IMG/VR virus record: IMGVR_UViG_3300023105_001451
Coordinates: 32,001-96,000 of that record
Direction: 5' to 3' (one strand)
DNA: 64,000 nucleotides
Origin: a virus
Taxonomy: Duplodnaviria; Caudoviricetes
The position numbers and the translations under genes are program-made. Positions 9,992-21,088 of the stretch are shown piece after piece (within the stretch, counting starts at the first letter, position 1; each line of letters begins with the position of its first letter). The notes beneath the pieces were generated by a model. The model was not told where the DNA came from, made no database searches, and saw only the letters and a program-made list of their open reading frames with translations.

Positions 9992-11370
9992 GTAACGAAC
10001 AACGTATAAAGATACTAGAAGAAAAGCGTGAAAAAATTAACAATGTTAGTTGTAGTTTCTGCACGGCTAAATGGCTACAAACTACGTTGTTACTGCAAAA
10101 TGGTTACAATCACAGTTGCCATCATCCTGCTCCGCACAAAATTCCTTTAGAAGAAATAGAAGCAGATCCTGCTGCATTGCACAACAGCCAATACAAAAAA
10201 GAACAAAGACTAAAAATGCTTACAGGCGAACGCCCTAGCGAATGTAGTTATTGTTGGAAAATTGAAGATTTAGATAAAACATATTTTTCAGATAGACACT
10301 ATAAAACATCAGATTGGTGGGCCTGGGATAGATTCGAAGAAATAGCATATAGCGATCCGGGCGAAAATGTTTATCCTAGTTACCTTGAAGTAAGTTTTTC
10401 AAACGCATGTAATTTTGCTTGTGCATATTGTTCACCGGAGATTAGCAGTAAGTGGATGGAAGATGTAAAACAAAATGGACCTTATCCTACTAAACATGGT
10501 GCCCATCATTTAGACTATTTAGAACAAACAGGAAAGATGCCGTATAAGAATAAAGACTATAATCCATATGTAGAGGCATTTTGGAAATGGTTTCCTGAAG
10601 CACTGCCACATTTAAAAGTCTTGCGTATTACAGGTGGCGAACCTACGATGTCAAAAGATACATGGAAACTGCTTGATTATCTAATCGAAAATCCACGTAA
10701 AGATTTAGATGTAGCAATTAATACAAACGGTTGTGTTGAAGATAAGCTCATTGATAAGCTAATAGATAAAATCAACAAGTTAGCTAAACTAGGTGTTAAG
10801 GTTGATGTATATACTAGTTTAGAGAGTACTGGTGAACAAGCAGAATACGCAAGAGATGGATTAAGTTATTATGCATGGATTGCTAATATTGAAAGAATTT
10901 TAAAAGAAACACAAAGCACAGTTGCTATAATGACAACTATTAATATTCTTAGTTTAACTACGTTTGTTGATTTTGTAATGACAGTAATGGATTTGCGCAA
11001 AATTTATAATACTAGTTTTGAACATAATAGAGTGCCAATGAGTATTAATACAATGCACTGGCCTCCGCACTTACAATGCACATTACTTGATAAAGAATAC
11101 CGTACTAAATTTGCTGATACTATCGAAAATGCTTGTAAAAGTTGGCTAAAGTACTATACTAAAGAAAAATATGCTAGAATATATTTAGAAGAATTCGACC
11201 AAATACAAAGATTTTGTGATTACTTGCGTACAACGGAGCCAGCAACAGAGCATAGAGCTGACTTTGTACGATACATACAAGCATACGATGAAAGAAGAAA
11301 CAAAGACTTTGTGGGAACTTTTCCACAATATGCACATTTGTTAGAGGAATGGAATGGCGAAAAAACCTGA
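9988..11370 (+). CDS. Radical SAM protein with N-terminal Twitch-like Cys cluster
   Basis: CNFACAYC, ITGGEP; N-terminal FCTAKW..SCHH..ECSYCW. Confidence 0.9.
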   Translation: MSNEQRIKILEEKREKINNVSCSFCTAKWLQTTLLLQNGYNHSCHHPAPHKIPLEEIEADPAALHNSQYKKEQRLKMLTGERPSECSYCWKIEDLDKTYFSDRHYKTSDWWAWDRFEEIAYSDPGENVYPSYLEVSFSNACNFACAYCSPEISSKWMEDVKQNGPYPTKHGAHHLDYLEQTGKMPYKNKDYNPYVEAFWKWFPEALPHLKVLRITGGEPTMSKDTWKLLDYLIENPRKDLDVAINTNGCVEDKLIDKLIDKINKLAKLGVKVDVYTSLESTGEQAEYARDGLSYYAWIANIERILKETQSTVAIMTTINILSLTTFVDFVMTVMDLRKIYNTSFEHNRVPMSINTMHWPPHLQCTLLDKEYRTKFADTIENACKSWLKYYTKEKYARIYLEEFDQIQRFCDYLRTTEPATEHRADFVRYIQAYDERRNKDFVGTFPQYAHLLEEWNGEKT

Positions 11371-12802
11371 CGAAACATTACAGCAATATCGTGACAGGGT
11401 ATTAGACAGCAAAAGTAAAAGTTTTTGCGGAGCAAAGTGGTTTAATGCAACTACTTGGCTAGGCAGCGGCACGACTGCAAGTTGTCATCACCCGCCTGCA
11501 CATAAAATTCCAGTAGTAGAAGTTGAGGAAGATTATACTGCTATTCATAATACAAAGCATAAAAAAGAAATGCGCCGTATGATGCAAACAGGTGAACGTC
11601 CACGTGAGTGCGAATACTGTTGGAAAATGGAAGATATGAAAAAAGATGCTGTTAGTGACAGAACTTTTAAAAGTATTATCTATTCAGACGAAGAACTACA
11701 ACGTGCATACGAAATGGATCACAATGAAAGTGTTAATCTTAAGACGTTTGAAATTGCGTTTGATAGAACGTGTAATCTAGCTTGTTCATACTGTAATGCT
11801 TCTTTCTCAACAACATGGGCCAAAGACATCAAGAAACATGGCGAGTACACAAATCTTGTAAGCGATGGCGCAGGAGCATTCCGTCAAGACGGTAGTTGGA
11901 CACAGCCTTACAAAGATGATGAAGACAATCCCTACATTCAAGCATTTTGGAAATGGTGGGACAACGGCTTGTCAGACAGTCTAGAAGAACTACGCATTAC
12001 AGGCGGTGAGCCTTTGATGAGCGGAAACACTTGGAAACTGTTTGATTGGTTTGAAGCACAAGATAGTGATATGCGTTTTGCTATTAACAGCAATCTAATT
12101 GCTAAAAAAGATATTGTAGACAAACTAATTGCTAAAACACAAGGTATGAATCACTTTGAATTGTACACAAGTTGTGAAGCAGTAGGCGAACAAGCAGAAT
12201 ATATTCGTGATGGATTAGTGTATGAACAGTGGCTAACCAACATCAAACGTATTCTTACTGAAGCAAATACTAAAGGCGTACACATTATGATGACAATCAA
12301 CAGCCTTTGCTTGTTTAGTATTACAGAATTCTTAGATGAAGTATACAAATTAAAAGAACTTACACAAAGTAGAACACCTACTGTTAGTTTAAATTTACTG
12401 CGTTTTCCAAGTTTTCAGAGCCCACTAGCATTACCTAATCATATTAAAGATTATTGTCACGAAAAACTAAGCACTTGGTGGGAAGAAAACAAGCACAAGC
12501 CAGGTTGGCATGAGTTTGAACGTGCAAGTATTGAGCGACTAATAGATTATCTTGTTACTGTAGATGCTCCGCATCGTAGAACAAGTAACCCAGTTACACT
12601 TTGGCGTGACTTTAAAACATTTTATGCACAATACGATGTGCGTAGAAACAAAAGCATCTATGTTTTTCCAAAAATCCTAACAGATTGGGTAGAAAGTATT
12701 CCAGATACAGATGCAAGCATTATGGAACTTGCTGATAAAGAAGGCTGGATACTAAAACCTGACAACAAAAACATAGACGAACCGTTGGCGGCATATGACT
12801 GA
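11354..12802 (+). CDS. Radical SAM protein with N-terminal Twitch-like cluster (paralog of 9988)
   Basis: CNLACSYC, ITGGEP; FCGAKW..SCHH..ECEYCW. Confidence 0.9.
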   Translation: MAKKPDETLQQYRDRVLDSKSKSFCGAKWFNATTWLGSGTTASCHHPPAHKIPVVEVEEDYTAIHNTKHKKEMRRMMQTGERPRECEYCWKMEDMKKDAVSDRTFKSIIYSDEELQRAYEMDHNESVNLKTFEIAFDRTCNLACSYCNASFSTTWAKDIKKHGEYTNLVSDGAGAFRQDGSWTQPYKDDEDNPYIQAFWKWWDNGLSDSLEELRITGGEPLMSGNTWKLFDWFEAQDSDMRFAINSNLIAKKDIVDKLIAKTQGMNHFELYTSCEAVGEQAEYIRDGLVYEQWLTNIKRILTEANTKGVHIMMTINSLCLFSITEFLDEVYKLKELTQSRTPTVSLNLLRFPSFQSPLALPNHIKDYCHEKLSTWWEENKHKPGWHEFERASIERLIDYLVTVDAPHRRTSNPVTLWRDFKTFYAQYDVRRNKSIYVFPKILTDWVESIPDTDASIMELADKEGWILKPDNKNIDEPLAAYD

Positions 12803-14105
12803 TAAAGTTGGACCATACTTTTGCACAGCACCATGGACACATACTTACGTTAGCCCACAGGGCGAGCGTAGGCTTTGTTGTGCAAGCCGTGAAGATGCCA
12901 GCTTTCAAAAGCAATACATAGACGCAGGTGACAACGACAATGCAGAATTTTCACCAGTAAGTCTAGAAGAACACTGGAACAGCGAATATATGAAAGATAT
13001 TCGCAAGCGTATCCTTGCAGGAGAGAAGATTTCGCAGTGTGATGTGTGCAACAACCAAATACTAAACTTGCATACCTATAAAAATTATTTTACTAACACA
13101 CTTTTCCCACACAAAATTGATGACATAATTGCCAGCACAAGAGAAGATGGCTACACAACCATGCAGCCCGTTAGTTTTGACTATCGTATTTCAAACTTGT
13201 GCAACTTTAAATGTCGTATGTGTGGCGAGCAATTAAGTTCTAGTTGGGAAACAGAAAAGATTAAACACAATGTAGTCAACTATGAGCGTGAAAAATGGAT
13301 GCAACCTGACACACGTAAGAAGATTGCAACGTTTCAAAAGGAAGTTCTTGAAACAGAACTACAAGCAGCAGTTGACAAAGGCATTGTAGAGGAGTTATAT
13401 TGGGTAGGCGGTGAGCCTTTAATGTATGACATACATTGGCGCATTATGCAACAGTTGGTTGATGAAGGAAAAAGTCAAGATGTAGTTGTACGCTACAATA
13501 CAAACTTGAGTAGAACACACTACAAGGACTATAAACTGTATGAAATGTTGGATAATTTCAAACGTGTTAACATTTGTGCCAGCATAGACGGTGTAGGTGC
13601 CGTTGGCGAGTACATTAGAACAGGACTCAAGTGGGACGAATGGCTACAAAACTTCAAAGACGGCATGTTTCTTATTGACAAGTACGGCAATGATGCAATG
13701 GTGTTTGATGTAACACTGACAACACCAGGACTTTTTGATTTGCAACGTATGTTTGATGTAGTTACAGAGCTAGATGTAAAGAGCTACTTTAAAATTACCT
13801 TTGCATTTGATCCTAGTGTGCTAATGAGCCCTATGTGTTTGCCAAGACACGTACTAGATGAGCAAATACACAAACTGTTAGACTATATCAAGCCAAGAGT
13901 AACACACAAAACTCGTGTGTATCAAGAAACACTTGAAAATATGCTTGAACGTCCTACGTTTGAAGAAGAATACATCAACTATGCAGACGGTTGGAGACGT
14001 GGTAAGAAGAATATATTGTTTATTGAAAGCATAAGAACACAAGACGTTACATTTAGAGATACACTAAGTGACGCAGGCAAGGAATGGTGGGATAACATTG
14101 AGTAA
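12795..14105 (+). CDS. Radical SAM protein with N-terminal Twitch/SPASM cluster
   Basis: CNFKCRMC, VGGEP; FCTAPW..LCC..QCDVC. Confidence 0.9.
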   Translation: MTDKVGPYFCTAPWTHTYVSPQGERRLCCASREDASFQKQYIDAGDNDNAEFSPVSLEEHWNSEYMKDIRKRILAGEKISQCDVCNNQILNLHTYKNYFTNTLFPHKIDDIIASTREDGYTTMQPVSFDYRISNLCNFKCRMCGEQLSSSWETEKIKHNVVNYEREKWMQPDTRKKIATFQKEVLETELQAAVDKGIVEELYWVGGEPLMYDIHWRIMQQLVDEGKSQDVVVRYNTNLSRTHYKDYKLYEMLDNFKRVNICASIDGVGAVGEYIRTGLKWDEWLQNFKDGMFLIDKYGNDAMVFDVTLTTPGLFDLQRMFDVVTELDVKSYFKITFAFDPSVLMSPMCLPRHVLDEQIHKLLDYIKPRVTHKTRVYQETLENMLERPTFEEEYINYADGWRRGKKNILFIESIRTQDVTFRDTLSDAGKEWWDNIE

Positions 14106-15276
14106 AACATTTTGCCCTTTACCGTGGACACACCTAGCAACACACCCGCATGGTAGTGTTACACTCTGTTGCGAAAGTGATATGAACAATCGTAACAGCG
14201 AATCACAAAACTTACCACGTGAGTTTGTTACACTGCACAACACAGAGTACGACTTTGTCAAAATTATGAACAGCGACTTGTTTAAGCAAGTTCGCAAAGA
14301 CATGCTGGAAGGTAAACAGCCAGCGCCTTGTTCAAAATGCTACAAACTAGAAGCACTGGGCAACGAAAGTAAACGTATAAGAGACAGCAACCTGTTGGAT
14401 CTTGATGTACGTGATGCAAGACGTATCACAGACGCAGACGGAACACTAACAGAAGTTAATTTTGAATTTATTGAACTGCGACTAGGCAACATATGTAACC
14501 TAGCATGTCGTTCGTGTAATCCGCAAAGCAGTAGTAAGTGGATACGTGATTGGGAGAAACTAAACGAACGTAAATTTGACATGCCACAGAGCATGTTTGA
14601 TTGGCCCTTAGACGAACGCTTTTGGGCGAGCCTAGCAGAACACTGTAACAATACACGCAAAGTTTACATTAACGGCGGAGAGCCTTTGCTTGTAGATAAG
14701 CACATGCGTTTCTTAGAGTTTTTAATTGCTAAAGATTTGGCTAAGAATATTACACTTGTCTATAGCACAAATGCAACTATCATAAACGACAAGTATATCA
14801 ACTTGTGGAAAGAATTTAAACAAGTAGAGTTTATGGTAAGTATTGACTGCTTAGAAGAACGCAATAACTATCTGCGACATCCTGCTAAGTGGGACAAAAC
14901 TGTTGAAGCATTTGACTGGCTACATAGTTTAGGACACAAAAGTTATGTGCTACAAACAGTAAGCATAATGAATATTTACTATATCAAAGAATTTTGGGAG
15001 TACTTTCGTGCTAAAGATGTATACGTTTCACACAACATGGTACATCATCCAAACTACTACAGTGCAGCAAATGCACCTCAACATGCCAAACAGGCTGTGC
15101 TAGACAAAATTGCTGGTATGCCGTTCTATGACAATATAAATAATTTTCTAAGTCAAGAAGCAAATACAGCAGCATTTGAACAGTTCTTAACAGAGAACAA
15201 ACGTTTAGATGTTATACGCAATCAAAGCTACGCAGAAACATTCAAGGAATGGCATGATAAACTTATACTACGATAA
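14098..15276 (+). CDS. Radical SAM protein with N-terminal Twitch/SPASM cluster (probable TTG start at 14098)
   Basis: CNLACRSC, NGGEP; FCPLPW..LCC..PCSKC. Confidence 0.9.
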   Translation: MSKTFCPLPWTHLATHPHGSVTLCCESDMNNRNSESQNLPREFVTLHNTEYDFVKIMNSDLFKQVRKDMLEGKQPAPCSKCYKLEALGNESKRIRDSNLLDLDVRDARRITDADGTLTEVNFEFIELRLGNICNLACRSCNPQSSSKWIRDWEKLNERKFDMPQSMFDWPLDERFWASLAEHCNNTRKVYINGGEPLLVDKHMRFLEFLIAKDLAKNITLVYSTNATIINDKYINLWKEFKQVEFMVSIDCLEERNNYLRHPAKWDKTVEAFDWLHSLGHKSYVLQTVSIMNIYYIKEFWEYFRAKDVYVSHNMVHHPNYYSAANAPQHAKQAVLDKIAGMPFYDNINNFLSQEANTAAFEQFLTENKRLDVIRNQSYAETFKEWHDKLILR

Positions 15277-16540
15277 TATAATAGAAGATGTGCCTGCTCC
15301 AAACGGAGCAAAAGAAATTACCTTAACTGATGACGCAAGACGTGTACCTCATGTTGCAAATTATAGACCAGAATCGCCTATTGCAAAATTTAATACTTTT
15401 TATTTTGTAATGAAGGCACAAAAAACTGTAGTAAAACTTCATACCGGAAAACCTAAATTTGCTAAAAATTTATTTTATCCGATCGAAATTAATCATTCAA
15501 TATATGGTTGGAACAGAGATTGGACTAATTTATTATCTGCTAGAGCAAAAGCACTTATAGTAAAAAATAAAATGAGACTTTTAATACTTGCTCCTCGAAT
15601 TACTGGAACAAGATATTTTATTAGAAAATTAAAAATACGTATAGACGAACTAGTTGAATCTGGCATACCAAGAAAAAATATTCATTTAGTATTAGGTGAA
15701 TTAAACGATGTTTATAGAAATATGCTAGATTTAAAAACTGTTTACGGATTTGATTGGTGGCAAGTTTATTCGCAATTAATTTTTAAAGTAAAAACAGGCC
15801 AATCAAGTTTGCATTGGTTATCGCATTCTGACTTAGAGTTATTTAATGAACCTATTCCAGAATTTGATATTGATAACTGGAATCCGAAAAAAGTTTACAA
15901 TTTAGTTCCTAGCGATGGCAGAGATCACGATATTGCATTACTACTAGAACTAATTGATAAAAATGCAATTAATGATGGATATTATACATTTGACAAAAGC
16001 AAGTACGATTTAAAAAGAGATTTAAAAATAGTATACATTGATCCTAGGCAATCTCATTTTGAAAAAGATAATAAAACTCGTATAATGAAACGCATCGAAG
16101 AATATGATAATAAAGACGATGTTAACTTAAATGATACAATATTTTCAATCTTATGTGAAAACCATGAAATTTCTGCAGGTACAGATTATAAACAAGAAAT
16201 TAGAAGTTTAGCAACAAGTTACGAAATATGGAAATACATTTATATAGGACATCCGTTTGCAGTATTAGGATGTGCAGATATAATTGCTTACTTAAATAAT
16301 CAAGGATATTTTACATTCAATCAAATGATTAGTCAAAAATACGACAGCATCTATTATCCTGCTAAACGATCTAAAGAAATTGTTAATAATATTTCATATA
16401 TCAAATCATTACCTGAAGAGCAGATTAAAGAACGAATAGAGAACATCAAACCTTTTTTAAAAAAGAATAGAGAAAAATTTTTAAACAGACGAATGCAAGG
16501 AAAGTTTTTAGAACTTTTCGTTGACATGATGTACGAATGA
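15254..16540 (+). CDS. Putative glycosyltransferase-like protein (degenerate GT10-type TEK motif family)
   Basis: C-terminal IWKYIYIGHPFAVLG..YL...GYFTF...YD aligns by eye with 40709 and 55296. Start taken at the ATG after the AAGGA RBS. Confidence 0.4.
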   Translation: MINLYYDNIIEDVPAPNGAKEITLTDDARRVPHVANYRPESPIAKFNTFYFVMKAQKTVVKLHTGKPKFAKNLFYPIEINHSIYGWNRDWTNLLSARAKALIVKNKMRLLILAPRITGTRYFIRKLKIRIDELVESGIPRKNIHLVLGELNDVYRNMLDLKTVYGFDWWQVYSQLIFKVKTGQSSLHWLSHSDLELFNEPIPEFDIDNWNPKKVYNLVPSDGRDHDIALLLELIDKNAINDGYYTFDKSKYDLKRDLKIVYIDPRQSHFEKDNKTRIMKRIEEYDNKDDVNLNDTIFSILCENHEISAGTDYKQEIRSLATSYEIWKYIYIGHPFAVLGCADIIAYLNNQGYFTFNQMISQKYDSIYYPAKRSKEIVNNISYIKSLPEEQIKERIENIKPFLKKNREKFLNRRMQGKFLELFVDMMYE

Positions 16541-16549
16541 GCGTATAAT
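16521..16549 (+). promoter_or_regulatory. Perfect sigma70-type promoter TTGACA-N17-TATAAT, probably leaderless transcript
   Basis: TTGACA 16521-16526, TATAAT 16544-16549, ATG only 6 nt after the -10 box, no RBS. Confidence 0.8.
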
Positions 16550-16555
16550 ACTATA

Positions 16556-18490
16556 ATGTATGATATTGTTTTTATAAATGATAATACAATCTATGCAGCG
16601 ACATCTTGGAAACAACTAAAAGAAAAGTATCCAAGAGCAAAATCTGCTGATTCATTAGAACACGCTCAAAAAATGTCTTTTACTAAAATGTTTTGGGTAG
16701 TTTGGCCCGATGTTGATATTTGTGATGATTTTAAATTTGATTATCGTGCAGACGAATGGAGCCAAGATTATATACATACCTTTTTAAACGGTACACATCG
16801 AGATGGCATTTTACTTGTGCCTAAACGTGCAGATATTTCAGACCGCGAAATACGACATAGATTTTTTATAAACAAAAAAGAAGTAGACATTGTAGCAAGT
16901 ACACCTAAGCCTTTTAATTTGTATTATATTGATACATGGGAAGAATATGAAAGTGCATTAGAAAACAGTTCAACAGAAATGTTTTGGGCAGTTTCACGTA
17001 ACTTAAAATACAGTCAATCATACATAAACAACTTTTATTTTAGTCATCATAACAGTTATGATAGAAAGGAAAATCATGCGTTTGTACATGATGTTGATGG
17101 AAGGAAACTATACAACGGCGTTTTCTTATGTTCAAAAAATAAACCACTTAACAAAAGACAAATTGACTACAGATTCTTAGTAAATGCAAAGCAGTGGGAC
17201 GATGTAGTAAGTGGTCCTAGACAATACGATATTTGTACAGTTAATAGCTATGAAGATTATCTTAGTTTTTTAGAAAACGTAGAAACAGAAATGTTTTGGA
17301 TGATTCCTTCACATGTACATGTACGTGACGACTTTAAATTTGATATGTACTTCAGTCATGATAATGATTATGACAGAAAAATTAATCATGTATTTAAAAA
17401 CGGTGAATACTACGACGGTATTGTTCTATGCAGTAAATATGCACCTATAAGTGAACGTGAGTTTAAATATAGATTTATTACAAATAAAAAAGAACACGAT
17501 ATAATAGCAAGTGATTCACTTGCATACGATAAAATTGTAGTAAACACATACGAAGAATTTTGTGAACTAAGAAAAAAAGTAAGCACACACTTTTTCTATG
17601 TTATACCTAGTGATGTAGATGTAACATGGGACTTCAAATATCATATACCTTATTACGAACGTGATAACATACATGTATTTAAAAACGGCAAGTACCACGA
17701 CGGTGTTTTTTTAATACACAAAGATAAGACACTTGCACAGCGTGAATTTGACTACAGGTTTTTTGTAAACAAAAAAGAAATTGATATAACTGTTAGTACG
17801 CCTAAACCATATGATATAGTATTCATTTCTTATAACGAATCTAATGCAGATGATAACTATACTATGCTTACACAGCGTTTTCCTAGAGCAAAACGCATAC
17901 ATGGTGTTAAAGGCATTCATCAAGCACATATAGAAGCAGCAAAGTTATGTACAACAAATATGTTTTTTGTTGTAGACGGTGATGCACAAGTACTAAATGA
18001 TTTTAACTTTGATCATCAAGTGCCGAAATGGCAAAGAGATCAAGTGTTTGTTTGGCGTAGTCGTAATCCAATAAATGATTTAGAATACGGTTACGGTGGC
18101 GTAAAGTTATTTCCAGTAAAAGAAACACTTAATATGGATGTAACAAAGACTGATATGACAACAAGTATTAGTCCTAAGTTTAATGCGATGGATAGTGTAA
18201 GCAATGTAACAGCATTTGACACGGATGCATTTTCAACTTGGAAAAGTGCTTTTAGAGAATGTTGTAAATTATCAAGTAAAACAATACGAGGACAAGTAGA
18301 TAATGAAACAGAAGAAAGACTTAACACCTGGTGCGAGATGGGAGAGGATACATTGTATGGAAAGTATGCTATTCACGGTGCTCGGAGTGGTCGTGACTAC
18401 GGTTATGATAATCGCTATAAACCAGATAGCTTAAATTTAATTAATAACTTTGAATGGCTAAAGGAGCAGTTTGATGCAGTTAGTATCTGA
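16556..18490 (+). CDS. Multi-repeat glycosyltransferase-like protein (four ~100-aa repeats plus a C-terminal GT-A domain)
   Basis: Repeated FWxx..F.F.Y..H.F.NG..DG..L..RFF.NKKE.DI unit; C-terminal YDIVFISYNE..HGVKGIH..VDGD..YGYGGVK domain like 8598. Confidence 0.65.
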   Translation: MYDIVFINDNTIYAATSWKQLKEKYPRAKSADSLEHAQKMSFTKMFWVVWPDVDICDDFKFDYRADEWSQDYIHTFLNGTHRDGILLVPKRADISDREIRHRFFINKKEVDIVASTPKPFNLYYIDTWEEYESALENSSTEMFWAVSRNLKYSQSYINNFYFSHHNSYDRKENHAFVHDVDGRKLYNGVFLCSKNKPLNKRQIDYRFLVNAKQWDDVVSGPRQYDICTVNSYEDYLSFLENVETEMFWMIPSHVHVRDDFKFDMYFSHDNDYDRKINHVFKNGEYYDGIVLCSKYAPISEREFKYRFITNKKEHDIIASDSLAYDKIVVNTYEEFCELRKKVSTHFFYVIPSDVDVTWDFKYHIPYYERDNIHVFKNGKYHDGVFLIHKDKTLAQREFDYRFFVNKKEIDITVSTPKPYDIVFISYNESNADDNYTMLTQRFPRAKRIHGVKGIHQAHIEAAKLCTTNMFFVVDGDAQVLNDFNFDHQVPKWQRDQVFVWRSRNPINDLEYGYGGVKLFPVKETLNMDVTKTDMTTSISPKFNAMDSVSNVTAFDTDAFSTWKSAFRECCKLSSKTIRGQVDNETEERLNTWCEMGEDTLYGKYAIHGARSGRDYGYDNRYKPDSLNLINNFEWLKEQFDAVSI

Positions 18491-19535
18491 TATTAGAACT
18501 GTTCACATAGAACTTACAGATAAGTGTCAAGCACAGTGTCCGATGTGTGCTAGAAATTATCATGGCGGCGCCACACGTCCGTTTATACGTAACGGTGATA
18601 TATCTATTGACCAGTTTAAAAAATGGTTTCCTAAATCTTTTTTAGCACAGTTGTATAACTTTTATAGTTGTGGTAATTATGGAGATCCTGCTTTTGCACA
18701 AGATTGCTTAGAAATATATTCTTATGTTAGAGAATGTAATCCTACTACACATCTAGGAATACACACCAATGGAGGAATGCGAAATCCTGCTTGGTGGAAA
18801 CAGCTTGCACAATATAATATTGAAGTTGTGTTTGCGGTTGACGGATTTAAAGGCAAACATGAATTATATCGTAAAAATACAAAGTTTGATAAAGTTATTG
18901 AAAACTTAACAGCATTTTGTAATGCTGGCGGAAACGCAAGAGTTGACAGCTTAGTTTTTGCACATAATGAATATGATGTAGACGATCTTGAAAAATATCT
19001 TCTAGAACTAGGAGTAAAAAAAGTAAACTTTGTTAGCACCACACGTTTTTACGAAATGACTTCTTATGAAGTTCATGATAATAGCGGCAATGTAGAATAC
19101 ACTATTTCACCTGCACAATCAGAACGTTTTAAACGCACACCTAATAAAAGTTTAATAAATTTAGTAGATAAAGATTATAGAGATGCTGCAATAGAACAAA
19201 GTAAGATAGATCCTAAATGCATAACTGATAAAGGAATATATGTTGACCCTTATGGTGATATATTTCCTTGTTGTTGGCTAGGAGGCGATTATTTAGAACA
19301 ACCTATCGAAGAAAAATTGCCTATACATTATTTAAGAAATTTAAGTGTAGAAAATACTAAAGACATTTTAAGAAAAGTAGGAATACCTAATTGTAAAGAT
19401 AATGTATTACATTTTGATAGTAACTTATTTGAAAGGCTACCGGATTTTTGGCAAGGTAAAGACAAATGTATGACTTGTGCAAGACAGTGTAGTAAGCTAG
19501 TATATGACGACAACAACAAATATTCCGTGGCATAA
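18474..19535 (+). CDS. Radical SAM protein with C-terminal SPASM/Twitch domain
   Basis: CQAQCPMC, GNYGDP; C-terminal C..YVDPYGDIFPCC...CMTCARQC. Confidence 0.9.
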   Translation: MQLVSDIRTVHIELTDKCQAQCPMCARNYHGGATRPFIRNGDISIDQFKKWFPKSFLAQLYNFYSCGNYGDPAFAQDCLEIYSYVRECNPTTHLGIHTNGGMRNPAWWKQLAQYNIEVVFAVDGFKGKHELYRKNTKFDKVIENLTAFCNAGGNARVDSLVFAHNEYDVDDLEKYLLELGVKKVNFVSTTRFYEMTSYEVHDNSGNVEYTISPAQSERFKRTPNKSLINLVDKDYRDAAIEQSKIDPKCITDKGIYVDPYGDIFPCCWLGGDYLEQPIEEKLPIHYLRNLSVENTKDILRKVGIPNCKDNVLHFDSNLFERLPDFWQGKDKCMTCARQCSKLVYDDNNKYSVA

Positions 19536-20493
19536 TATTACTGAGTTTGGGCAGAAAACCCTCCTAAAGAGCCATCTTTTTACAGTTTCTTGGATCCTGG
19601 CTAGATTTTGTAATTATAACTGCTCTTATTGCTGGCCATACGCTAGATCTAGTACCCCGGACCACCATGATTTAGAAATTTACTTAAACACCCTTGATAG
19701 CATCAAAGCACAGGCTCGTGCAAATAACTTCACAGATTTCCACTTCAGTTTCAGTGGCGGCGAGCCTACAGCCTATAAATACTTTGGGGAGATTATAGAT
19801 CATTACTGTAGTGATACAGCACCCGAGTATCAAAGTATACATATGACTACAAATTTGTCACCAGGAAGTAAATGGTGGAATAGGTGGTTAGATGCAACAA
19901 GCACTTTGCAACGTAAAAGTATAACAGCAAGTTTTCACGATGAATTTGCTAGTGAACAAGAGTTTGGAGACAAATGTCTGCAACTTATGAATGGAGGAGT
20001 TTATGTTACGATCAATCAAGTTATGGTTCCAGAAAGGTTTGAAGAGCTTTACTTCCGTTTGGAACGATTTGCCTCCAGAGGTATTAATGTCACTCTCAAG
20101 CCCCAGTCCAATGATACCGCCACAAGCGTGGTTGGAGGCTATACACATGAACAAGTTCGACTCATGCAAGAAGGATTCCCACAGCAGTGGCAAGGCGAAA
20201 AAGTCGCACAAATCGCACTCTACGATGACAAAGGAATAGAGTACGAATTAGATCAAGCAGAACGTTTTAATGCGTTTGGCTTTAACAAGTTTCAAGGGTG
20301 GACTTGCAATGCAGGTTACCAAGGAATAGTTATTCGTGAAAACGAAGTTAAACGCAGTTACAGTTGTCATGAAGAGCCTTTGGGCACATTGTCTGAAGGA
20401 TTTGAAATATTCAAAGAACCACGCAAGTGTGTAACACCTACATGTGTTAGTTCGGCAGATAGTAAATTACCTAAGGTGAAATATGAAAGTTGA
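19504..20493 (+). CDS. Radical SAM protein with C-terminal Cys cluster
   Basis: CNYNCSYC, FSGGEP; WTCNAG..SC..KCVTPTCVSSAD. Confidence 0.9.
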   Translation: MTTTTNIPWHNITEFGQKTLLKSHLFTVSWILARFCNYNCSYCWPYARSSTPDHHDLEIYLNTLDSIKAQARANNFTDFHFSFSGGEPTAYKYFGEIIDHYCSDTAPEYQSIHMTTNLSPGSKWWNRWLDATSTLQRKSITASFHDEFASEQEFGDKCLQLMNGGVYVTINQVMVPERFEELYFRLERFASRGINVTLKPQSNDTATSVVGGYTHEQVRLMQEGFPQQWQGEKVAQIALYDDKGIEYELDQAERFNAFGFNKFQGWTCNAGYQGIVIRENEVKRSYSCHEEPLGTLSEGFEIFKEPRKCVTPTCVSSADSKLPKVKYES

Positions 20494-21088
20494 TATAGAA
20501 GACGTTCTGTTTTGGATGGATGCAATTCGCAACAGCGAAGATAGATATCGCACCTTAGAAAGTTTTTGGAAAGGACAAGTTCGCAGTAAAACTTGGCTTG
20601 TTGAAGAACTTGAAAAAAATTTACCTCGATATCATAAAGAAAGAACAATAGCAATATATGGAGGATGGAACGGTGTACTGTCTAGCATATTATTCAACAG
20701 CAAAATTAATATTGAACATATTACAAGCATAGATATTGATCCTACGTGCGAAGAAATAGCCCGCACAGTAAATAAGCGTCAAGAGATGCTTGGAAGATTT
20801 AGTGCAATAACATCAGATATGACAACATACACAACAATGGCAGATGTTGCTATCAATACCAGTTGCGAACACATAACACAAGAACAATACAACCAGTGGT
20901 TAAGCAATCAGCCTGATGATGCAGTTATTGTATTACAAAGTAATAATTACTTTGAGCATGAAGAACACATACGCTGTTCAATTGACTTAAATGACTTTAC
21001 AAAAATGAGCGGCATAAAGCCCTTCTATAGAGGTAGTATGGATACACCTAAGTACGAACGTTTTATGATTATAGGCAAAAAGAAATGA
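20483..21088 (+). CDS. Class I SAM-dependent methyltransferase
   Basis: IYGGWNG motif I, SIDID motif II, INTSCEH. Confidence 0.7.
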   Translation: MKVDIEDVLFWMDAIRNSEDRYRTLESFWKGQVRSKTWLVEELEKNLPRYHKERTIAIYGGWNGVLSSILFNSKINIEHITSIDIDPTCEEIARTVNKRQEMLGRFSAITSDMTTYTTMADVAINTSCEHITQEQYNQWLSNQPDDAVIVLQSNNYFEHEEHIRCSIDLNDFTKMSGIKPFYRGSMDTPKYERFMIIGKKK

